DNA from: Octopus sinensis
Taxonomy: Eukaryota
Length of the DNA stretch: 18,691 nucleotides
Direction: 5' to 3'
Assembly (NCBI RefSeq): GCF_006345805.1
Contig: NW_021824509.1
Location: 1 to 18,691 of the forward strand
Made by a program: the position numbers and the translations under genes. Each line of letters begins with the position of its first letter. The stretch's first letter is position 1. Positions 11,326-18,691 of this stretch are shown here, piece after piece. The notes beneath the pieces were generated by a model. It was given only the letters and a program-made list of their open reading frames with translations, made no database searches and was not told where the DNA came from.

Positions 11326-11685
11326 CATTGTCTGTCTACTTATCTTTGTTGCATGTGGAAGCGTAATCAATGCACATTGGCTGCATTAAACCATACTCTA
11401 TGGAATATTTTGCAATATTTACGTGCATTCACAAACAAGCGAATGCACAGATGCAGAAAAAAAAGGAGGAGTTTATTCAACTTCGGAAAGTAATATTGGC
11501 CGGAAGGAACACGAACTAATGATTTCACAATCACTACTGCGATGACTGTAGCTTACACTAGTGTGTCAAATATAGGAATACATACGAGCATTGTTGGTGA
11601 ACAGTAATGGATTTGAGTCTGTCATAATATTCGTCTACTTATTTGCATGAGGAATATAACAGGCTTTGTGGAGCTTTATGTAAAT

Positions 11686-11802
11686 GCGGTTGTGTGATAA
11701 GTGGCCTGCTTACCAACCACATGGTTTCGGGTTCAGTCCCACTGCGTGGCACCTTGTCTTCTACTATAGCCTTGGATCGACCAAAGCATTGAGAGTGGAT
11801 TT
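11686..11802 (+). mobile_element. CORE-type tRNA-derived SINE (family C), 5' part
   Basis: A-box-like cggttgtgtga and B-box-like gggttcagtccc, followed by actgcgtggcaccttg-tcttctactatagcc...gaccaaagc...gagtggattt; homologous to 4296-4412. Confidence 0.82.
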
Positions 11803-12302
11803 ATATATACACACACACACACCACACACACACTTTACTCCACACAAAGACACGTATGGAGACACGGATCCACACATATAGAGATGTACATCCATCCATA
11901 CATACAAACATGGTACACAGTTGCATAACACACACACACACACCACACACACACATAGGCATGCACACACAAAGAGACAGAGGTGCATGCATATACAAAC
12001 ACACGCTCACACACACATATATACATACACACATACATGCGTACATGCATCCATATATAGGCACACACACACACATACACACACACTGCCCCACACACAT
12101 GCGCACAAACAAACAAAAGGGAACGCAGTGTAAATAACGCACAGAGTCAAGACTATTGAAAAGGTTGCAAGACGCAATGAAAAATTTAGGAAAATAATAA
12201 GAAATATGTGGAAATTTTACCGGTGAGTGTGTTGCATTATAAGGCACAACAAAAATGGCTCTCCCCAGACACAACAGTAAATAATGTAAATATATATATA
12301 TT

Positions 12303-12518
12303 TAATGTAGGATAACATTTTTTTCGAAAAAAAAATTTATGAATGGTCAGCATATTAAAAAATACCTTTAAAGGTTAAAATTATAAGCAAGTTACAAATA
12401 AGGGCAAACGAAAAAATATAGTGCGTATTGTGATAAATTATATGGTAATGGACAATATGTCCAATTTTCGGCATATTTGGCATTAGAAATTTTTTCGTTT
12501 GCCCTTATTTGTAAGTTA
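12303..12518. mobile_element. (TA)n-embedded fold-back interspersed repeat, copy 2 (permuted)
   Basis: 12437-12517 matches 5938-6020. 12303-12417 is the reverse complement of sequence homologous to about 5990-6120. Perfect 26-bp inverted repeat at 12392-12417 and 12489-12514. Confidence 0.78.
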
Positions 12519-12571
12519 TATATATATATATATATAAGAAAGTTGGTTTGTGATAGCACATGGTTGAATAT

Positions 12572-12796
12572 ATAGAAAATAGTAAAAAGTGAAAAAACTA
12601 CAGAAGGCTTGTTTTAAAAGGTTAAAGAATATATATTTAAGTCAATATGTCTGAAGAATATTATAAATCTTTTTCTTACAATGACATAGTTTAGAAGAAA
12701 TTTATAATATTCTTCAGACATATTGACTTAAATATATATTCTTTAACCTTTTAAAACAAGCCTTCTGTAGTTTTTTCACTTTTTACTATTTTCTAT
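12572..12796. repeat. Perfect 97-bp inverted repeat with a 31-bp spacer
   Basis: 12572-12668 is the exact reverse complement of 12700-12796, checked base by base. Confidence 0.97.
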
Positions 12797-12827
12797 GTAT
12801 ATGTGTATATATATATATATATAAGAG

Positions 12828-12899
12828 GGGCTTCTTTCTGTTTCCGTCTACCAAATCCATTCTAGCTTTGGTCGGCCAGAGGCTATAGTAGAATACACT
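12828..12899 (-). mobile_element. CORE-type SINE (family C) central fragment
   Basis: Reverse complement agtgtattctactatagcctctggccgaccaaagc...tggatttggtagacggaaacagaaagaagccc matches 4335-4410 and 11756-11802. Confidence 0.8.
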
Positions 12900-13425
12900 A
12901 ATTAAGACATAAAGTTGAATTTCGTGTAGCCACCTGTTGCAACGTTTCTCCCGCCACCCATTTTGTAGGGGGTATTACCCGTTTTTCTGAGCTCTTTTAA
13001 CAGCTTTACCCCGCTCGAAATTTGCATTAGTTTCTGTATAAAAAAAAAGGAAGGGAATGAGGATTGTTTGTTGTTTGTCAAGGAAACGTTAAACGTGCCA
13101 CACAAAAAAAAAAACAACAAAAAAACATGGTCTTTCTTCCTAACTAAAAGACATGAAGAAATATCAAATAAGACGAATAATTACAGGGGGTTGTGGAAAG
13201 AAGAGAGCACTAACACTCCACCCTTCTAGAATTCTCAGAATGAAAACGCAAACACTTGAAAGCCTTTTCCACTATTCATTACTAAATGTCTTTCCCTCTT
13301 CATTGTGAAAAGTAAAGAAGCTTGAAAAGGTCGATTGTATTTCAGTTTAATTGTCATTTTAAATGACTAAGGCTTTCCTTTCTCTGTCTCTATCACTTCA
13401 CTCATTTTCTCTATGGTTAAGAATA

Positions 13426-13658
13426 TATTTCTTCACTACCCACAAGGGGCTAAACATAGAGGGGACAAACAAGGACAGACAAAGGGATTAAGTCGATTAC
13501 ATCGACCCTAGTGTGAAACTGGTACTTTATTTTATCGACCCCGAAAGAATGAAAGGCAAAGTTGACCTCGGCGGAATTTGAACTCAGAACGTAACGACAG
13601 ACGAAATACCGCTAAGCATTTCGCCCTGCGCGCTAACGTTTCTGCCAGCTCACCGCCT
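13426..13658 (-). mobile_element. Full-length tRNA-derived SINE, family A, with a 16-bp TSD
   Basis: Minus-strand A-box-like TGGCAGAAACG and B box GAGTTCAAATTCC. TSD tctatggttaagaata (13410-13425) versus tctacggttaagaata (13659-13674), one mismatch. Confidence 0.93.
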
Positions 13659-13674
13659 TCTACGGTTAAGAATA

Positions 13675-13997
13675 GGAAGGTGCGTAGCTCAGTGGCTGGA
13701 GGTATTCGGCCTACCATCGTGAAACCATGAGTACGATTTCCTGCGGCGTGCTTTGTTCTTGAGCAAAGTACTCGACTTCGCCTTGCTGCAGTCCGCTCAG
13801 CTGGAAAAAATAAGTTGTAGCTGTAACTGAAAGGGGCCAGCCCTGTCACATTCTGTGTGAGACTGAATCTCCCCGAGAACTACCTTATGGCATGGATGTC
13901 TGCGGAGTACTCAGCCACTTGCGCGTTAATATTACGAGCAGACTGTTCCGTTGATCAGATAAACAGGAACCTCGTCGTCGTTACTGACGAAGTGCCA
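13675..13997 (+). mobile_element. tRNA-derived SINE sharing the family B 3' half but with a different middle domain
   Basis: A box TAGCTCAGTGG; middle gttcttgagcaaagtact...ttgctgcagtccgctcagctg; from about 13815 to 13997 it is collinear with about 3233-3417. Confidence 0.85.
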
Positions 13998-14317
13998 TTT
14001 TGTAAGAAGAATGAAAAAAAAGGAAATGTTCCATATCGTAAGGCAAAAATTGTGAGGCGTTTTGTATCAGCAGTGAAAGCTAAGACGAAATAATTGCTAT
14101 TCCGTCGTGTAGTGACTTCACCCTCAACTCACGCTCAGTTCGATAACAACAGCGTGCGGACCAGTGTTCATCTGGGTGATAGGCCTCCAGATCTGTGCGA
14201 TCCATAAATGTCGCTGTTAAGACCGGATTATCCCTCACAGTACTCTAACGATTAAAAAGATTTTTCTGCCCCTAAATAGGATCTTTTTGCATTTTCTTCC
14301 AACCACTTGAAGGTTTA

Positions 14318-14472
14318 TCTTGCTCCTGTCCACTCAGTTTGGCCATAATGAATTGTAACTGTAATTGAAAGGGGCTAATTTTGTCCTATTCTGTGTGAGA
14401 CTGAATCTCCCTGAGAACTACGTTAATGCTATGCATGTCTATGGAGTACTCAGCCAGTCGCGAGTTAATTTT
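14318..14472 (+). mobile_element. Internal fragment of the same SINE type as 13675-13997
   Basis: cttgctcctgtccactcag...tgtaactgtaattgaaagggg...attctgtgtgagactgaatctccctgagaactac...ggagtactcagcca. Confidence 0.82.
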
Positions 14473-14539
14473 ATCATCGTTTGATAATGAAAAGTGAAAA
14501 TGGCATCCAATATTTGCTGTGGTTATTTGTCTTTGATTT

Positions 14540-14740
14540 AACAATGTGTCTATGAATCTATGTATCTAGTTTTCTTTCGATCTTTGTGTCTACTTTTCAT
14601 GCGATGTATGTATCAGTCTACTCTGAAAATACTGATAAACATTTAAAAACACAAAGCAAACGCCAACTTCCTTTCAGTCATCACTCACTTGCCTCTCTCA
14701 ATCTCTCTCTTTCTGTCTCAACTCTCTCTCTCTTTCTGTC

Positions 14741-14782
<42 letters not shown>

Positions 14783-15012
14783 CTTTCTCCCACTTTTAAT
14801 TTAATAATGTGTGCATGAACCTAAGTATATATATATGCAGTTTTCTTACAATTTGCATCAGTCTACTCTTTAGATCCTGATAAATATTTAAAACAAAGAA
14901 AGGGACGCCACCTTCGTTTCAATCACTACTCACTGTCTTTCCCTCAGTTTTTATCTCTCACTTCCTCTCTGTCTCTCCCCTCGCTCCTGCCTTGCCACCC
15001 ACTTCAACTATA
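14540..15012 (+). repeat. Diverged two-unit tandem duplication (about 210-260 bp units)
   Basis: 14612-14689 matches 14857-14934 (atcagtctactct...ctgataaa.atttaaaa...acgcca..ttc.tttca.tca..actcact). Unit starts also match at 14540 and 14803, and ends (cccactt) near 14790 and 14998. Confidence 0.75.
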
Positions 15013-15080
15013 CCTCCTCTGCTTTACACCTTTTATTTCACTTTTTCTTTGCACCTCTCCATTCAACCCTTTTACCCTTT

Positions 15081-15583
15081 AAGCACAGAGATGACAAACA
15101 AGGACAGACAAACGGATTAAGTCGATTATATCGACCCCAGTGCGTAACTGGTACTTAATTCATCGACCTCCAAAGGATGAAAGGCAAAGTCGACATCGGC
15201 GGAATTTGAACTCAGAACGTAGCTGCAGACGAAATACCTATTTCTTTATTACCCACAAGGGGCTAAACACAGAGAGGACAAACAAGGACAGATAAACGGA
15301 TTAAGTCGATTATATCGACCCCAGTGCGTAACTGGTACTTATTTAATCGACCCCGAAAGGATGAAAGGCAAAGTAGACCTCGGCGGAATTTGAACTCAGA
15401 ACGTAACGGCAGACGAAATACCGCTAAGCTTTTCGCCCGGCGTGCTAACGATTCTGCCAGCTCGCCGCTTTTAATAATCCTTTCTACTGGATGCACAAGA
15501 CCTCAAATTTGTAGGGAGGGGACTAGTCGATTACATCGACCCCAGTGTTTCACTGGTTCTTAATCTATCGATTTCGCCGTCTT
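15081..15583 (-). mobile_element. Head-to-tail array of family A SINEs: truncated unit 15081-15238, full unit 15239-15470, tail-variant fragment 15471-15583
   Basis: Two near-identical bodies (ggacaga...ggattaagtcgattatatcgaccccagtgcgtaactggtactt...gacgaaatacc). The third fragment has a different tail (gcacaagacctcaaattt). Confidence 0.9.
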
Positions 15584-15619
15584 GAATATTAATAATAATA
15601 ATAATAGTGATAATAATGA

Positions 15620-16339
15620 TTTTTTTTATTAACCAGAAGGGTTCAGATTAAGAAAAAACATTATGCACAATACAGAACGAAACAGATAATCTGTGTGTGT
15701 GTATGTGTGATGGTGTATTGTTGTGAGGGTTTTTGGTGCAAACAAGACTAACAAAATTTTAAAAAAATCAACAATGTGTAATCCTAAATAAGGAAGAGAC
15801 GTTCGAGGGCTGCTCATAGAAAAAAACCCCATAAAAAACAACCATGAGTAGTCTGACTTTAGGGGCAGGTGCCTTTTTTCCTTTCCTTTTTTCAAGTGCA
15901 GGCGTATGCTCAAGGCAAGCCCGTTCTTACGCACCATTCTCGCCACGTTCATCCACCTTTCAGCAAACTGGCTAGAAAACAACACTTCCCTCTCTACCCT
16001 TATTTTCCTTTTCAAATGAAACTTGAAGAAGTTGATCAGGGATTGGCCAAATAGAAAAGTGTTTGTTTCCAGCCCCTTCAATCTCGTCCACCATCCATCT
16101 CCTTTAACCATGGCCACCAGGCATATAAAAACAGCCTTTCCGTCATGGTTTAAGGAAGGCGATGGAGCGATGGAGCGATAAATTCAGTTGACAGCCGGAT
16201 CCGTCCTACACGCATACGACAACAAGATTTTGACATAAACCCACAGGTCATGAATGCTTGGGCTCTAGACGAGTGCATGCAGGAGAGTTTCGTTGTCCTA
16301 CGTACATCTCAGATATTCTAGGCTGACGGTACTTCGGTG
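15620..16339 (-). mobile_element. 5'-truncated, decayed L1/Tx1-type LINE 3' end (ORF2 C-terminus, 3' UTR, polyA)
   Basis: The minus strand from 16339 reads ...YLRCT*DNETLLHALV*SPSIHDLWVYV, a decayed CxxC-ET-xxH-xxxxC-xxxxxxW knuckle. After frameshifts it reads AVFICLVAMVKGDGWWTRLKGL...ERWMNVAR. AATAAA (15625-15630) runs into an A8 tail (15620-15627). Confidence 0.8.
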
Positions 16340-16355
16340 CCTGTTATAATAATAG

Positions 16356-16362
16356 TAAGAAC

Positions 16363-16438
<76 letters not shown>

Positions 16439-16799
16439 TAGACTTCCGTCAAAGCAACAGAAATGTCCTCTCAAAGATTAGTCAGAGATGATTTTTAAAA
16501 TGGAAATATCTGAAATAAACTCGACTGCTCTCACAAATGAGAATACTAAAAATGAGTCCGACCGCTCTCAAAAATTAATTGAAAATAAAATCAAAACAAA
16601 ACAGAAAAATTAATCCAGAATCCTTGTCCGGTACCGAAACGACCCCAAAATCTAATAAGTTCGTGCCAGTCACGAGCCAGATATCTCTGAAAGTTTCATC
16701 CGAATCTATTCACAGACTCTTAAGATATATTGTCCACGGACAAACAAACAAACACGACTGAAAATAATACCGCCGCCGCCTTCGCTAAAGCGGAGATAG
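16356..16799 (+). mobile_element. Non-autonomous Helentron/DINE-1-like element (HINE)
   Basis: Start aagaacactcagagag with a (GA)n expansion, then subterminal repeat acttccgtcaaagc (16442-16455). Internal (ACAA)n near 16740-16753. Terminal imperfect palindrome ccgccttcgctaaagcggagata is complementary to the subterminal repeat. This is the known HINE layout; no TSD seen. Confidence 0.68.
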
Positions 16800-16837
16800 T
16801 AGTAGTAGTAATGATAATAATAATAATGATAATAATA

Positions 16838-16887
<50 letters not shown>

Positions 16888-16909
16888 AATGATAATAATA
16901 ATAATAATA

Positions 16910-16954
<45 letters not shown>

Positions 16955-16967
16955 TAATAATAATATA

Positions 16968-17096
16968 GCACAACACTAAATACAAAACCAAATATATGGC
17001 ATACTAGGCATAACAACAACATGAACTTCCGATCTGTTGTCTCTTGAGGGCTCTTGGAGCTAACTTGTACAAATATAAAGTAAAGGTCAAACATAG
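16968..17096 (+). mobile_element. Probable 3' UTR remnant of an (AAT)n-tailed non-LTR retrotransposon
   Basis: 129-bp island flanked by (AAT)n and ending ...gtcaaacatag-aataacaataataa. The assignment rests on context and recollection of octopus repeats; no coding evidence. Confidence 0.5.
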
Positions 17097-17180
17097 AATA
17101 ACAATAATAATGATGATGATGATAATAATAATAATAATGATAATAATGATAATAATAATGATAATAATAATAATAATAAT

Positions 17181-17735
17181 ATGCCCTGATGCAGTACCAG
17201 GCAGTGGCTCTCATGGCTTCTGATCTTAACTGATTGGAAGTGTCATCATGTACATTGTTTTGTCTTGGTATAAAAGATGGCCTACAGCAAATATTCTGCT
17301 CAATACCGCAGATTTGCTTGTCAGTTGTTTGACCTTAACCAGTTGAGCATGTCCCTTAGTGGCTGACAATACGTGCATCTCTGATCACGAGCAGAAGTAG
17401 TGGGGGAGCATCATAGCCATGTGTTGAAGGGATTCTTTGGAGTTTGAATAATTCACCTCTGGAAACATAGGTGTTTCGTTCAACATCTAAAAGCACCCTT
17501 ATTCAGGGACCTTTTGAGCAGGATGGGCTACTCGACCTGAAGAAAATTCTAACTGGGCCCCACCTGCAAGGTCATGTGCTGTTTATCTTGATATGAGATC
17601 ACCATGTCGCGCACATATGGTTGTGATGCATGTGCCTGGTGTACCTTTATCAGACGGGTAGTCATGATGGGTATGCTGGGCTTCGTATATTTTACCCAGT
17701 GTCACTTTGATGGCATGCACTGCTCTCTCACACTC
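17181..17735 (+). mobile_element. About 555-bp non-coding interspersed element inserted in (AAT)n, copy 1
   Basis: 17181-17456 is homologous to 18233-18490 with the same left boundary. (AAT)n lies on both sides. No recognisable ORF; orientation inferred from the (AAT)n tail. Confidence 0.8.
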
Positions 17736-17775
17736 AATAATAAAAATAATAATAATAACATAAATAATAATAATA

Positions 17776-17806
<31 letters not shown>

Positions 17807-17809
17807 TAA

Positions 17810-17842
<33 letters not shown>

Positions 17843-17844
<2 letters not shown>

Positions 17845-18169
17845 AGTACCAGTGATTGTAGGATCTCTAGGAATGATAAAAAACGGCACTGAAACCTATT
17901 TGAAAATGATTCCAGGGTTACCATCCCTACAGGAAGTGCAAAAAATCGTATTAACTGGAACGGTTCATGTACTGAGAGGAGCACTATCGCTGTGAAAATA
18001 ACATCCATCCATGAATTTATTTATTTATTTATTAATTTTTAAATACATATGTTATCTGTGAATTTGCGCGTGTAATCTGGGAATGCATACAATGCCCTTC
18101 TCTGCCCTAGGTGTATAGAAAACAATCGGCGAGAAACGGAAGAAAATTTGAAGAAAGAAGAAAAATACA
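17843..18169 (+). mobile_element. 5'-truncated R4/Dong-type (restriction-like endonuclease) non-LTR retrotransposon: ORF C-terminus plus 3' UTR
   Basis: 17843-17995 reads TVPVIVGSLGMIKNGTETYLKMIPGLPSLQEVQKIVLTGTVHVLRRALSL*, the PvvIGalG...lQKavLlGTa.iLR..L end typical of R4-clade ORFs. Flanked by (AAT)n, the known Dong target. Confidence 0.85.
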
Positions 18170-18232
18170 TAATAATAATAATAATAATAATAATATAATA
18201 ATAATAATAATAATAAAATAATAATAAAATAA

Positions 18233-18490
18233 ATGCACTGATGCGTTACCAGGTGGTGGCTCTCATGGCTTCTGAATCTTAACTGAATGGAAGCGTTATC
18301 TTTGTACATATTTCTTGAAAAAAGATGGGCTACAGTAAATACCACAGATTTGCTTGTAAGTTGTTTGACCCTAACCAGTTGAGCATGTTCCTTAGTGACT
18401 GACGATATGTGCATCTCTGATCATGAGCATAAATAGTGTGGGAGCACATAGCAATGTTGTCGAGAGGAATTTTGTGGTTGGATAATTCAC
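18233..18490 (+). mobile_element. Copy 2 of the (AAT)n-inserted element, interrupted at 18490
   Basis: atgcactgatgcgttaccaggtggtggctctcatggcttctga...ccagttgagcatgt...gtgcatctctgatca...ataattcac matches 17181-17456. Confidence 0.82.
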
Positions 18491-18691
18491 ATTATTTACA
18501 TTTGACGGATATTTGTCCTCATCTTGTTTGTTGATAACACACGTTTCGGCTGAGATATCCTCCAAGACACCTGATAAAGGCTGGAGGGTATATCAGGCGA
18601 AACATTATGTTAACAACAAACAAATGAGCCCAAATATCCGTCAAATGTAATAATGTAAATAATATACATAATTTCTCATCTCTTAAATATA
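18489..18691 (+). mobile_element. Penelope-like element end: inverted arms with a degenerate minimal hammerhead motif
   Basis: 18489-18564 is the imperfect reverse complement of about 18582-18656. gacac-CTGATAA-aggctg-gagggtatat-caggc-GAAAC-att-atgtt at 18566-18611 follows the CUGANGA...GAAA hammerhead layout. Confidence 0.7.

Larger units (their letters stand above)
16797..18232. repeat. (AAT)n/(GAT)n array split into four tracts by inserts
   Basis: Tracts at about 16797-16966, 17097-17180, 17736-17842 and 18170-18232. Confidence 0.95.

Noticed and set aside
9357-11493. Long ORFs (412, 180, 170 aa and others)
   Set aside because: Translations of (AAT)n, (CA)n and (TA)n tracts that lack stops; no protein-like composition.
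16100-16158. Imperfect hairpin cctttaaccatggc...gtcatggtttaagg
   Set aside because: Lies inside LINE coding remnant; likely chance.
1-18691. CRISPR arrays, operons or other prokaryotic systems
   Set aside because: No regularly spaced repeat-spacer structure and no gene-dense coding; the sequence is animal repeat-rich DNA.

Overview
Eukaryotic, AT-rich, microsatellite-dense non-coding DNA, very probably from an octopus (the tRNA-derived SINE families match octopod repeats as I recall them; not verified by a search). There is no intact protein-coding gene that I can support, and almost all ORFs in the supplied track are translations of (TA)n, (CA)n, (GA)n or (AAT)n tracts or of SINEs. Supported content: (1) a frameshifted fragment of a GAPVD1-like gene (781-1064); (2) about 15 SINE copies or fragments from at least three tRNA-derived families, two with clear target-site duplications, one nested insertion with a matching empty-site duplicate, and one head-to-tail array; (3) a decayed L1/Tx1-type LINE 3' end with a CCHC knuckle; (4) a Helentron/DINE-1-like non-autonomous element; (5) an (AAT)n array carrying four inserts, one encoding the C-terminus of an R4/Dong-type ORF; (6) several fold-back elements, including a perfect 97-bp inverted repeat and a Penelope-like end with a degenerate minimal hammerhead ribozyme. 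A speculative three-exon 76-aa minus-strand ORF with a 14-nt microexon is flagged at low confidence. All alignments were done by eye.
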